Origin: SAR86 cluster bacterium AG-422-E19
Lineage (GTDB): Bacteria > Pseudomonadota > Gammaproteobacteria > Magnimaribacterales > AG-339-G14
Assembly: GCA_003213595.1 (NCBI GenBank)
Contig: QCMR01000001.1
Span: 154,015 to 218,014, forward strand
Reading direction: 5' to 3'
DNA: 64,000 nucleotides
This document shows positions 9,914 to 19,629 of this stretch, in pieces; the stretch's first letter is position 1; each line of letters starts with the position of its first letter. Under the pieces are notes generated by a model. The model saw nothing but the letters and a program-made list of their open reading frames with translations, did no database searches and was not told the origin of the DNA. The position numbers were made by a program, and so were the translations under genes.

Positions 9914-9974
9914 ATAATAATAGATTAAGAAATTTAAAGTTTTTTTACAACCATTCTAAGAAACAGAGTGCACT

Positions 9975-10598
9975 TTAAGCTCTTACACGCTCAACTATAA
10001 GTCCAATAAGTAAAAGGAAAATAAAAAGAGCAAACCTTAAATCAGTTATGAAAGGAGTTTCCACAGGAATAGCTATGGTCTTGTCTAATGCCTCTACTTT
10101 GTATTCGTGCCTTTCATCAAAGACAGGATTCAGACCGATTTCAAACAAATCTCTTCTGCTTCTGTATCTAAATATTGCAACAATGTCCCAGTCTTCCATT
10201 CCTTGAGCGGCAACGATATCCAGAGCAGGATTTAAAACAAAAGCAAAGAATACCGGATGTGAGGCTCTTTTAAACTGTTGTGGCCACATGTATTCCATGT
10301 AGTGCATCTGCAAATCTAATGAAGTTGCTCCCTCTCCAGTAGCTTCCATGGTTCGTGGTGATTCGTTCCTATCAAGAAAGTTCACCATAAAAAAGTCTTT
10401 GCCATCATCCTCACTCATGAACTTGAATGCTTTTTCCCATTGCCCAGAATCTCTTCTTGCTGAGCTGCTTTCCTCGAAGATTTTTTTGTAAGTTTCTATT
10501 TCTTGCTCTGTGAGAGGGCCAGACAAATTTGTATACCAGAGAAAGAATAAAATATAGACCAAGCTAATTGGCAACCAGATTTTTACGGAAAGAGACAT
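9975..10598 (-). CDS. Hypothetical membrane-anchored protein (possibly DUF1330-like dimeric barrel)
   Basis: TM at both ends; MVNFL, WD...RYRSRRD, RHEYK segments. Confidence 0.6.
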   Translation of the reverse strand: MSLSVKIWLPISLVYILFFLWYTNLSGPLTEQEIETYKKIFEESSSARRDSGQWEKAFKFMSEDDGKDFFMVNFLDRNESPRTMEATGEGATSLDLQMHYMEYMWPQQFKRASHPVFFAFVLNPALDIVAAQGMEDWDIVAIFRYRSRRDLFEIGLNPVFDERHEYKVEALDKTIAIPVETPFITDLRFALFIFLLLIGLIVERVRA

Positions 10599-10623
10599 TG
10601 ATGAGATTCTAATTGTGAAATAA

Positions 10624-11163
10624 TTAAACTTTTTTTGTTGTCCAAAATTTTAACATATTCAATGTCGTATCATCTTTTGCAAAAAATTGATGATACAGCG
10701 CGGCCAAAATATGAATAACAATCAATGCGATGATTGCGTTGGTACAAAATTCGTGAAATCCCCTTATTATAAAAAATGTATTTTGGTTATGTGCTGCAAA
10801 AGCCAAATCAATGCCAAAAACTATTATTGGGTCTGACGCAAAGCTCGCCATTGATATTCCAGTAATTATGAGCCCTGCCATAAGAAAATATAAAGAATAA
10901 TGTCCTAACTTTGCAGAAACTACCTGCCAGCCAGGCATTGTTGATGGGAGTTTTGGGGCTCCATAAAAATATCGTAAAATTATTCTCAATATAAATAAGA
11001 AAGTTACGATCATACCGGCTGTTGCATGATCAGCTCGTGATTCGAGCCTATCCCATAACTCCATATTGCCACCAAACTTTTGGGCGACATTAAGATCCAG
11101 CATGATAATGATAGCCATAAGCCAATGGATTATTTTTTGTGTCTTTGAGTAATCTAAAGTCAT
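10624..11163 (-). CDS. Cytochrome b561 family
   Basis: IHWL, H, GHY, FHE..HILAALYH heme ligands in 4 TMs. Confidence 0.85.
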   Translation of the reverse strand: MTLDYSKTQKIIHWLMAIIIMLDLNVAQKFGGNMELWDRLESRADHATAGMIVTFLFILRIILRYFYGAPKLPSTMPGWQVVSAKLGHYSLYFLMAGLIITGISMASFASDPIIVFGIDLAFAAHNQNTFFIIRGFHEFCTNAIIALIVIHILAALYHQFFAKDDTTLNMLKFWTTKKV

Positions 11164-11170
11164 AAAAAGC

Positions 11171-11542
11171 TTAGTCTAAATCAATTGCATATTTTTTAAG
11201 TATGTCTAAATCTATAATTTTTAAAGATTTCTTATTTGTTCTTCTCAAATAAATTTTTGGTGCTTTGTTATTCTCATAAGCTTCTTTCCATCTCTCTGCA
11301 CAAACGCACCAGTGATCGCCTTCTTTTAGCCCTGGAAAGTTGAATTCATTTCTTGGTGTTGAAAGATCATTACCTCGAGATTTAGAAAACTCTAAAAAAT
11401 CCTCTGTAATATGCGCACAAACAACATGTAGGCCCTGATCCAAATTATCGGTGTGACAAAATCCATCACGAAAAAAACCAGTAATGGGATTTGAGCAACA
11501 TTCCTCTATTTCTTCTTCAAAAACATTGAATTGTTTTTCCAT
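11171..11542 (-). CDS. DUF2237 family protein
   Basis: PITGFFRDGFC, HVVCA, GNDLSTP, WCVCAERW. Confidence 0.9.
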   Translation of the reverse strand: MEKQFNVFEEEIEECCSNPITGFFRDGFCHTDNLDQGLHVVCAHITEDFLEFSKSRGNDLSTPRNEFNFPGLKEGDHWCVCAERWKEAYENNKAPKIYLRRTNKKSLKIIDLDILKKYAIDLD

Positions 11543-11543
11543 C

Positions 11544-11930
11544 TTAGGTGACCACCAAAATTATAAGGCAGAGTACTAAAGTGGATAAAGTAAGTATTAC
11601 GCTTAACAGGTGCAGATACTTAAAACTTTTATCTCTTCCCTCATCCCTTGCTTTGTTTGTTACCGGAACGATCCAATAAGAAATACTCATCAGTAGCAAA
11701 GAAACAAAGAAGAGTACTTGAAGCGAAAGACGATCGCCAATTACTGACAAGAAAAGACCTATGAGACTAAGAATTGCCACATTTAAAAATAATTTTGGAA
11801 AAATAGCTCTTAAAAAAGGTCCGGCTTGTTCTTCAGAGTACACTTTAAAAATAGTAGGAGCATTTAAAGCTGCCTGAAATAAAATCATTCCAGCCATTAG
11901 TCCTGCAAGAAAAAGATATAAATTGTTCAT
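11544..11930 (-). CDS. DUF4149 family membrane protein
   Basis: APTIFK, FLRAIFP, PVTNKARD, FKYLHLLSV. Confidence 0.75.
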   Translation of the reverse strand: MNNLYLFLAGLMAGMILFQAALNAPTIFKVYSEEQAGPFLRAIFPKLFLNVAILSLIGLFLSVIGDRLSLQVLFFVSLLLMSISYWIVPVTNKARDEGRDKSFKYLHLLSVILTLSTLVLCLIILVVT

Positions 11931-11934
11931 AAAA

Positions 11935-12705
11935 TTACTCTTCTGTTAGTGATTTTGCCCATAAAAAAATATCTGGAACTTCTTGGGCATCAAAAATAAA
12001 TTCTTGGCCAGGGCCAATATTTGTATCGACTAATAATTTTTTATTGTCTTTCCATTTTAGACGGTTTAAAAAAATTTTACTCTTCTTCTTAGCAGGTTTA
12101 GAAAAATATTTTTTGGGAAACTGCCACAAAGATTTCGTATGGTTTGGAGCGCTAAGCACTAGTTTTTTTGAAAATTTTTTAAATAGGCCAAAATTTTTTC
12201 TTGATACGTAAATTGTATTGTTTTTATATTGTCGATATTTTGGATCGTGTGGATGTGAAAGATTAAATTTTTTTAAAAAATTTGAAATCTGATTATCACC
12301 TTCCAAGATCTCTTCAATTTGTAACCATCCAAAAATTTTATGGATATCAATTTTTGGATTATCCTTTTTTTTAAACCACCCAAAAAATAAAAAAAGATCC
12401 CCTATACCTACGCCATTATTTTTAAGTTCAGATTGTGCACTGCCCGCCTGACCAAAAAGTCCAATTTTGTCATTAAGAGCGGGATCATAATGGCAAAAAT
12501 CTTCAGAATTAACCTGTGTGGCTGAAACTTCCTTCAAAGCTTGAGTTCCACTAATGCCATTGAATTTAAGTTCATGATATTTTTTTGGAGATTTTCCATT
12601 TTGAGGAATAGGAAGAGAGAAAATATCGCCATTTTTAAATATCGGAGAAGGTCTGCCCCCATATTTTGAATCAAATCCTTTTCTGCTTAAAATAACTCTT
12701 TTCAT
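11935..12705 (-). CDS. Nucleotide-modification-associated domain 3 (Nmad3)-like protein
   Basis: ILSRKGFDS..G..PSPI, SLPIP, HYDP, FGQ.G.AQS, GDLFLFFGWF, IFGWLQI, HPH, GQEF; start moved to ATG 12705 to avoid overlap with arsC. Confidence 0.75.
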   Translation of the reverse strand: MKRVILSRKGFDSKYGGRPSPIFKNGDIFSLPIPQNGKSPKKYHELKFNGISGTQALKEVSATQVNSEDFCHYDPALNDKIGLFGQAGSAQSELKNNGVGIGDLFLFFGWFKKKDNPKIDIHKIFGWLQIEEILEGDNQISNFLKKFNLSHPHDPKYRQYKNNTIYVSRKNFGLFKKFSKKLVLSAPNHTKSLWQFPKKYFSKPAKKKSKIFLNRLKWKDNKKLLVDTNIGPGQEFIFDAQEVPDIFLWAKSLTEE

Positions 12706-12721
12706 AAGACAATTTGTAACT

Positions 12722-13072
12722 ATGGCCAAAGCTTTTCTTTTTCACAACCCCAGATGCAGTAAGTCTAGACAAGCCCTAAAGCTCCTCGAGCAAGAAAAAG
12801 AAAATTTTGAGGTTTTCATGTATCTTGATGAGATGCTCCAAAAAGAATTTTTGAAAGAAATTATTCAAAAACTTGGTATCAGCCCAAGAGATCTTTTGAG
12901 AACAGGAGAATCTGCATACAAAGAGAATAATTTAAAAGATTCTAATATTTTAGATGAAGAAATCATTAATTTTATGATTGAATATCCTAAGCTCATTGAA
13001 AGGCCAATTTATGTAAAAGGGTCTAAAGCTATAGTTGGCAGGCCGCCAGAAAATGTTTTGAAGATTATTTGA
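12722..13072 (+). CDS. arsC: Arsenate reductase (glutaredoxin-type ArsC family)
   Basis: HNPRCSKSR, LIERPI, VGRPPE. Confidence 0.85.
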   Translation: MAKAFLFHNPRCSKSRQALKLLEQEKENFEVFMYLDEMLQKEFLKEIIQKLGISPRDLLRTGESAYKENNLKDSNILDEEIINFMIEYPKLIERPIYVKGSKAIVGRPPENVLKII

Positions 13073-13951
13073 TTAATCTCTTAAAAGTTTTTTAGGTTTA
13101 AAAATATTTGTTAGTCCTATACCAATTAAAATACATAAGGAGCCCAATATGACCTTCTGATCTATAGTCTCATTTAAAAATATCACACCCCAGAAAATTC
13201 CAGTAATGGGTACCAAGAAAATTACCGAGGAGGCTTGAACTGGGGAGGACCTTTGCAACAAAACAACATAAGCAATAAATGAGATGCCTGTTGAAACCAG
13301 CCCGAGGAATAAGGTAGCTAAATAAGTTTTTAGTGACAGATCAAATGAAAAAGATTGTGGCTCAGACAGAAATAATGGAATTGAAAAAACAAAACCTGAC
13401 AGCATAGTTGCAGAAGCAAGAGCTGAAGAATTTATATGGTTCAATTTAAATAAGACATTGTTTGAATATGCGTAACAAAAAGCTCCAATTAGGCATAAAG
13501 TTACTGGAAAAAATACCACTCTAATTTCATCAAGACCTATAAAAATTAAGAGCCCGATAAAGCCTGCTAGAAGACCAATTACTTGGAGGAAGGTGGTGTT
13601 TTGTCTAAAGAGTAAGATTGCAATAATTAGTGCAAATAAAGGTGAAGTTCCATTTAATATAGAAAGCATACCAGCAGTAAGTTCTTGAGCAGACCAAGCA
13701 AAAAGAAAGAAAGGCAAGGCGGCATTTATAATTCCAAGCAAAATCAAAGAGGGAATCACTTTAGACATCTTTAAAAATTCTTCTTTATTAATAAACAAAG
13801 GCCCTAATAAAAGAGCAGCAAGTAAAAGCCTTATTGATACTAAGTGAGAAGGAGAGATTTCTTCTACTACTAGGCGTGTAAACATAAAAGAAGCTCCCCA
13901 GCTAAGACTCACAAATAAAACTAGCAGCCAATTGATAATTGTTGTCTTCAT
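13073..13951 (-). CDS. DMT/EamA family transporter
   Basis: WGASF, 10 TMs in two repeats. Confidence 0.85.
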   Translation of the reverse strand: MKTTIINWLLVLFVSLSWGASFMFTRLVVEEISPSHLVSIRLLLAALLLGPLFINKEEFLKMSKVIPSLILLGIINAALPFFLFAWSAQELTAGMLSILNGTSPLFALIIAILLFRQNTTFLQVIGLLAGFIGLLIFIGLDEIRVVFFPVTLCLIGAFCYAYSNNVLFKLNHINSSALASATMLSGFVFSIPLFLSEPQSFSFDLSLKTYLATLFLGLVSTGISFIAYVVLLQRSSPVQASSVIFLVPITGIFWGVIFLNETIDQKVILGSLCILIGIGLTNIFKPKKLLRD

Positions 13952-13972
13952 GATTGCCTAAGCTTTTCTGAA

Positions 13973-14833
13973 CTAATTCAAAGCTTCTTTTTCGTGAGTG
14001 GTTGGTGGGCCAAAAAAATGGTCTATAGCTTGTCTCAAGCTTGAAGCTTTTTTCATATCAAGAAATATTTTATTCCAGCCCATGAATGTTATTTTAACTG
14101 GGTTATAGGTGTTTACATTATTTACAAGACCGTAATTCACTGGACTTTCCTCAGGCTGAAAAGTACCAAACAAACGGTCCCAAATAATAAGTAAGTTTCC
14201 ATAATTTTTATCTATGTATTCTGGGTTTGAGCCATGATGAACTCTATGGTGAGAAGGAGTATTGAAAAGCCATTCTAGGGGACCTAACTTGCCAATAATT
14301 TGGGTATGCCCCACTACGCCCCATAAAGTACTTATGACTCCTGCTACTGCAATCATTAAGGGGTTTAAACCTAAAATTGGTAACACCATAAAAAAAGGTA
14401 CTTTTGAAATTGGGCCAAACCAAGCTTGTCTGAAAGAAACTGCAAAATTCATTTCTTCGCTGGAATGGTGACTCATATGAATTGCCCAGAGAAATCTAAC
14501 CCGATGAGAAAGCCTATGATAAATATAAAATACTAAATCTATTAAAACGAAAGTTAAGATCCATAAAACCCAATTTGGCAAGATGGTTGCCAAATCAACA
14601 ATTCGAAACTGATATAAAAAGAAATGAAACCCAACAATGGATCCTTTGATGGCAAATCCCATTAAGATATTCCCAAAGAGAAGTCCTGAGGTACACCAAG
14701 TATCGCCAGAGTTGTAGTAATTCTTGTTTTGCCAGTTTGAAATCAAGACCTCAAATAAAATAAGGGTCAATATGATAGGAACGCCAAAGGCATAAACATC
14801 TGTAATGGTGAGTTCTGTCATTTTTCGGAACAT
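13973..14833 (-). CDS. Sterol desaturase/fatty acid hydroxylase family (short form)
   Basis: YHRLSH, HMSHHSSEEMN, HTQ, HHRVHH; start may be ATG 14821. Confidence 0.85.
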   Translation of the reverse strand: MFRKMTELTITDVYAFGVPIILTLILFEVLISNWQNKNYYNSGDTWCTSGLLFGNILMGFAIKGSIVGFHFFLYQFRIVDLATILPNWVLWILTFVLIDLVFYIYHRLSHRVRFLWAIHMSHHSSEEMNFAVSFRQAWFGPISKVPFFMVLPILGLNPLMIAVAGVISTLWGVVGHTQIIGKLGPLEWLFNTPSHHRVHHGSNPEYIDKNYGNLLIIWDRLFGTFQPEESPVNYGLVNNVNTYNPVKITFMGWNKIFLDMKKASSLRQAIDHFFGPPTTHEKEALN

Positions 14834-14901
14834 TATATAGCCAGTTAAATCAATATTCTTGTTTTCTAAAAACTTCTGGTTTAAATTGCCTCATCTAAAA
14901 A

Positions 14902-15885
14902 ATGAAACCAATGAAAATTGTAGTCGATAGCCTGATAAGCAACCTTTATGAATCAGAGATTCTTAAGCTTGATCCTAATATAGAGATCATTGTGCTGAAC
15001 CCTGAGGATCATACAAATCCTGCTTGGGGAGAAGTTCCGGAAGTTGATGCCTTATTTTTGTCTTATCAATTTCTTTTTGCGGTGCGAGACCACAAACATC
15101 TTTTTGAGCCTATGTTGGAAGTTGCTAAGAAAGCCAAATTCATCCAAAGCGGATACTCAGGAATGGATGATCCTTTTTTGCAAGCAGTCTTGAAAGAAAC
15201 GAGCGCAATTGTTGCAAATGCAAGCAGCATATATGGCAAACCTATGGCCAATTATGTTTTAGCGCAAATGTTGAGATGGAACAAAAGAATTGATCTTCAT
15301 ATTCAACTTCAAAAAGAAAAAAAATGGATGCCTAATGGAGGAGATGGTGAATTAACCAATAAGAATTTAGTCATTTATGGATATGGTGGTATAGGAAAAG
15401 AAATTGCTCGAATTGCAAAGTCATTTGAAATGAACGTTAGTGGCATTAGAAGATCGCCAGTTAAATGTGAATTTGCTGACGAAGTCAAAACCCCAGATGA
15501 TTTAATGGATATGTTGCCTTTTGTAGATTTTCTGGTCACGGTTTTGCCGGATAGCGAACAGACAAGGAATGTAATTGACAAAAAAGTTTTCAAACAAATG
15601 AATCCACAAAGTATGTTAATTAATGTTGGTAGAGGCAGTGCGGTAAATGAACAAGATCTTGCGGAAGCATTGAATACTGGTGAAATTGCCGCTGCAGCTT
15701 TGGATACCACAAGAAAAGAACCTCTAGAGAAAGACTCTCCTCTTTGGGAGGCAAACAATTGTTACATTACTCCTCACGATTCAGCTCACTCTTTAATGTC
15801 TCTACCGAGATCGTTTAATCTTTTTCTTGAAAATGTCGCTAACTTAAAAAATGGCAAACCGATAAAAAATCTATTTGAGCTTTAA
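14902..15885 (+). CDS. D-2-hydroxyacid dehydrogenase
   Basis: GYGGIG, INVGRG, AALD...EPL, ITPH. Confidence 0.9.
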   Translation: MKPMKIVVDSLISNLYESEILKLDPNIEIIVLNPEDHTNPAWGEVPEVDALFLSYQFLFAVRDHKHLFEPMLEVAKKAKFIQSGYSGMDDPFLQAVLKETSAIVANASSIYGKPMANYVLAQMLRWNKRIDLHIQLQKEKKWMPNGGDGELTNKNLVIYGYGGIGKEIARIAKSFEMNVSGIRRSPVKCEFADEVKTPDDLMDMLPFVDFLVTVLPDSEQTRNVIDKKVFKQMNPQSMLINVGRGSAVNEQDLAEALNTGEIAAAALDTTRKEPLEKDSPLWEANNCYITPHDSAHSLMSLPRSFNLFLENVANLKNGKPIKNLFEL

Positions 15886-15889
15886 AAAA

Positions 15890-17002
15890 ATGAAAATAAA
15901 TCTTCTTGGTATGTCTTTAGATGCCATGGAAAAATTTTTCGTATCCTTAGGAGAAAAGCCTTATAGAGCAAGGCAAGTTTTTCAATGGATTCATCAAAAA
16001 GGAATCTCAAACTATGATGGGATGAGCAATCTATCAAAGGAACTTAAAAGTATTTTGGAGGAAAAAACAGAAATTAAGCCTCCAGAAATTGTTTACGAGA
16101 AAGATTCCAAAGATGGCACTCGTAAATGGGTTTTAAGCGTTGGAGAAGGTGATTTAGTTGAGATGGTTTTAATTCCTGAGGGTAAAAGAGCAACTTTATG
16201 TGTTTCCTCTCAAGTGGGCTGCGCAGTCGACTGTAGTTTTTGTGCAACCGGAAAACAAGGTTTTTCAAGAAACTTATCGACAGCAGAAATCATAGGGCAA
16301 GTTTGGGTAGCAGAAAATTCTTTTGGAATTCCCAGGGATCATGGCTCAAAGAACGTAACAAATGTTGTGATGATGGGTATGGGAGAGCCTTTGTTGAATT
16401 TCGAACCTGTAACTGAAGCTATGAACTTGATGATGCACGATAAAGCGTATGGACTTTCCAAAAGAAAGGTTACTTTAAGCACCTCTGGATTGGTGCCAAT
16501 GATAGATAAGCTTTCTGAGGTAACAGATGCAGCATTGACCATTTCCCTGCATGCTCCCAATGACAAGTTGCGTAATGATCTGGTGCCCTTAAATAAAAAA
16601 TATCCAATTAAAAAGCTATTAGAGGCTGTAACGCGTTACGTTGAAAAATGCGGCGATCAAAGAAAAACCACTATGGAGTACATTTTAATAAATAAAGTTA
16701 ACGACTCTATAGATGACGCAAAAGAATTAGCAAAGATATTAAGAGATATTCCAAGCAAGATTAATTTAATTCCCTTCAACCCATTTCCTGGAACAGAATA
16801 CAAAAGACCTTCTAACATGCGGGTGGAAACCTTCAAAAAAATTCTTCAAAGAGAAGGTTATATCACAACTGTTAGAACCACTAGAGGAGAAGACATCATG
16901 GCAGCATGTGGTCAGTTAGTGGGAAAAGTAAATGACAAAACCAGACGAAAAGAGAGATCTCAAAACAAAGGAAAGCGAATTGCTACTAAGTTAATTAGTT
17001 AG
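15890..17002 (+). CDS. rlmN: Dual-specificity RNA methyltransferase RlmN
   Basis: CVSSQVGCAVDCSFC, MGMGEP, AACGQL; start set at ATG 15890. Confidence 0.95.
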   Translation: MKINLLGMSLDAMEKFFVSLGEKPYRARQVFQWIHQKGISNYDGMSNLSKELKSILEEKTEIKPPEIVYEKDSKDGTRKWVLSVGEGDLVEMVLIPEGKRATLCVSSQVGCAVDCSFCATGKQGFSRNLSTAEIIGQVWVAENSFGIPRDHGSKNVTNVVMMGMGEPLLNFEPVTEAMNLMMHDKAYGLSKRKVTLSTSGLVPMIDKLSEVTDAALTISLHAPNDKLRNDLVPLNKKYPIKKLLEAVTRYVEKCGDQRKTTMEYILINKVNDSIDDAKELAKILRDIPSKINLIPFNPFPGTEYKRPSNMRVETFKKILQREGYITTVRTTRGEDIMAACGQLVGKVNDKTRRKERSQNKGKRIATKLIS

Positions 17003-17743
17003 ATCGTCTGAGGATTTTTTTAGACGATTTTTACGAAAGATAAAAAATGCCACTGGTATGCCAATAATATAGAGGATTCCAACCACAGAGAGAAACTGCC
17101 ATAAAAAATTTATCATAAGTAAAACTAAAACTACGAAACCTACAAAAAACCTCAAAAAAAACTTCCTGTTAACAGTGATGTTTAACTCTTTTAGTGAAAA
17201 TGTTGGAATTTTGCTGACCATCAGCAAGCCAACCAGGCTAGTGTATATTGCAACCACCTCAGGATTTTCTATCCCCCAATTGAAACCGAGAAAAGAATGA
17301 ATCAAGGGCAGCAAAATCAGCCCTGCTCCTGAAGGCGTGGGTACTCCTAAAAAATAACCTTGTTTTTGGGCGTCCTCTGTTGGCGGCAAGTTTAAATTGA
17401 ATATTGCAAGCCTTAAACAAGCAAAAACAATAAAAGCAGTAACAGCAAGGTATCCCCAAATAGCTAATTCTTCGAGAATTCCAAAATAAACTAATATTCC
17501 AGGAGCCACGCCAAAACTCAAAAAATCAGCCAAAGAATCGAGTTCAGCTCCTAAGTCTGATTGAGTTTTTAAGAGCCTAGAAAATAATCCATCTAAAACA
17601 TCGCAGATTGCTGCAATAAGAATGCACACAACTGCCGCTTTAAAATCTTCTAAAACTGCAAATCTTATAGAGCTAAGACCAAAACAAAGCCCGGTTAAAG
17701 TGATTAAGTTTGGAATAAAATTCTTGATGCTTCTTTCAGACAT
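16991..17743 (-). CDS. pssA: CDP-diacylglycerol-serine O-phosphatidyltransferase (membrane CDP-alcohol phosphotransferase type)
   Basis: PNLIT, DVLDGLFSR...GAELDSLAD motif; adjacent to psd. Confidence 0.9.
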   Translation of the reverse strand: MSERSIKNFIPNLITLTGLCFGLSSIRFAVLEDFKAAVVCILIAAICDVLDGLFSRLLKTQSDLGAELDSLADFLSFGVAPGILVYFGILEELAIWGYLAVTAFIVFACLRLAIFNLNLPPTEDAQKQGYFLGVPTPSGAGLILLPLIHSFLGFNWGIENPEVVAIYTSLVGLLMVSKIPTFSLKELNITVNRKFFLRFFVGFVVLVLLMINFLWQFLSVVGILYIIGIPVAFFIFRKNRLKKSSDDLTN

Positions 17744-17745
17744 AA

Positions 17746-18537
17746 TTATTTTCTCGCAATGATGCTCTCTCCAGCAATGACCTTTTGTCCCAGTTCCACT
17801 TTTGGATCGTAATTGGAAGGAAGATAGACATCAACACGGGAACCAAACCTTATGAGACCAAATCTTTCACCAATCTTTAGTGAATCAAAAAGGTTTACAA
17901 AAGAAAGGATTCTTCTCGCAATGAGCCCTGCTATTTGGACGACAATAATTTCTTCATTTTTATTATTTTCTAGCACAAGAATATTACGTTCATTGTGTTC
18001 GCTTGCTTTATCTAAGCTGGCGTTTATAAATTTTCCAGGAACATAAATTATGTCTTTTATGTTGCCTGCAACAGGAGCTCTATTTACATGGACATTGAAA
18101 ACGTTCATGAAAACCGAGATTTTTAGTAATTCTTCAGAGCTTTTTAACTCTTTAGGCGGAAGGGTTTTTTCTATCTTGCAGATAACGCCATCTGCTGGAG
18201 AAATAATACTTGCTTCGGATAAAGGAACCGCTCTTTCTGGATCTCTAAAAAACCATAAAACGAAGATCGTTAAAAGAAAGCCTAGAATTCCCAAAGGAAA
18301 GTAAAAAAAACCCAACAAAGAAGAAAGTGCAATGAATATCAAAAAAAATTTATAACCTTCAGGATGTACGCGCTCGAGAGACAGCCAAAAAATAACTACT
18401 CCCATACAAGAAATCAAAAAGTTTTGTAAACCAGAAAAAGTGACAAATCCAGTTAGCTCGCCTATAAAGCTTGAGATCGCTCCTGCAGCAATAAAAAGCA
18501 GTCCAAAAACCATCAATAGTTTTCTTAAAATTCTCAT
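17746..18537 (-). CDS. psd: Phosphatidylserine decarboxylase proenzyme (short FGSR type)
   Basis: FFRDPER, SPADG, FNVHVNRAP, QIAG, FGSRVD cleavage motif. Confidence 0.92.
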   Translation of the reverse strand: MRILRKLLMVFGLLFIAAGAISSFIGELTGFVTFSGLQNFLISCMGVVIFWLSLERVHPEGYKFFLIFIALSSLLGFFYFPLGILGFLLTIFVLWFFRDPERAVPLSEASIISPADGVICKIEKTLPPKELKSSEELLKISVFMNVFNVHVNRAPVAGNIKDIIYVPGKFINASLDKASEHNERNILVLENNKNEEIIVVQIAGLIARRILSFVNLFDSLKIGERFGLIRFGSRVDVYLPSNYDPKVELGQKVIAGESIIARK

Positions 18538-18638
18538 CGGAGGGAGAATTATACATATCTAAAATGTTTTAAATAAATTTCTCTATGTTTTAGATTCAAT
18601 AAGATTACAATAGCGCTTCAAAATGCAAACTAATTTCC

Positions 18639-19619
18639 ATGCAAAAAAAATTAATATTTCTTATCTTGTTTTCCAGTCTTCTAATGTCTGACGAGAGATT
18701 TAAAAATACCAACAATATGCCTAATTTAAAAAGTTTTGGAGACTTTTTGAAGTGGAGCTTCAATAGAAAAAGACCAACCCCAATAAAAATAGAGTCATCA
18801 GATGAATGGAAAAACTTTTCTGATTATAAGGAAAACTATTTAATTTGGATCGGGCACTCCACTTTTTTAATCAATATAGAAGGGACGATTGTCTTAACTG
18901 ATCCAGTTTTTTCTGATCGGGCTTCTCCAGTGAAGATAGCTGGCCCAAAAAGAATTATCCCTCCAGCCATGCAAATTACAGACTTGCCTGAAATAGACGT
19001 CGTTACGGTAAGTCATAATCATTATGACCACTTAGATATCCCTTCGTTAAAAAAACTTTCAAAGAAGAATCCAAAAACTTTGTTTTTAGTTCCGAAAGGA
19101 GACCAAAAATTATTAAATCGAAAGGGTATTAAAAATACTAGAGAATTTTTGTGGTGGGAAAATATTGAAATTAAAGGAACTAAATTTACATTCACTCCTA
19201 CTCAACATTGGTCGGCTAGAGGTTTAGCAGACAGAAACAAAAGCCTTTGGGGCGGGTGGTTCATGTCCTTTCCAAATTTTAAAAGCTTTCATGCAGGAGA
19301 TTCAGGTTACTCTAAAGATTTCCAAGATACGCAAGCAAAACTTGGTAAACCCGATCTGTCTTTAATACCAATAGGAGCGTATGCGCCTAGATGGTTCATG
19401 AAAGCAAATCATGTGAACCCTGAAGAAGCTTTAAAGGTTGCACTAGATTTGGGTTCTAAAAAAAATTACGCCATGCATTGGGGAACTTTCCAACTTACTG
19501 ATGAAGAAACGTTGGAACCGCCAGCTTTGCTTGAGGAAGCCTTGACAAAAAATGAACTGCCTAAATCTTTTTTTGAAATTTTAAAGCCTGGACAACTAAA
19601 AAAAGTTACACTCAATTAG
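18639..19619 (+). CDS. MBL-fold hydrolase, NAPE-PLD/RomA-like, with signal peptide
   Basis: WIGHST, LTDPVFS, SHNHYDHLD, QHWSAR, AGDSGY, PIGAY, HWGTF. Confidence 0.88.
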   Translation: MQKKLIFLILFSSLLMSDERFKNTNNMPNLKSFGDFLKWSFNRKRPTPIKIESSDEWKNFSDYKENYLIWIGHSTFLINIEGTIVLTDPVFSDRASPVKIAGPKRIIPPAMQITDLPEIDVVTVSHNHYDHLDIPSLKKLSKKNPKTLFLVPKGDQKLLNRKGIKNTREFLWWENIEIKGTKFTFTPTQHWSARGLADRNKSLWGGWFMSFPNFKSFHAGDSGYSKDFQDTQAKLGKPDLSLIPIGAYAPRWFMKANHVNPEEALKVALDLGSKKNYAMHWGTFQLTDEETLEPPALLEEALTKNELPKSFFEILKPGQLKKVTLN

Positions 19620-19629
19620 GAGATGAAAT

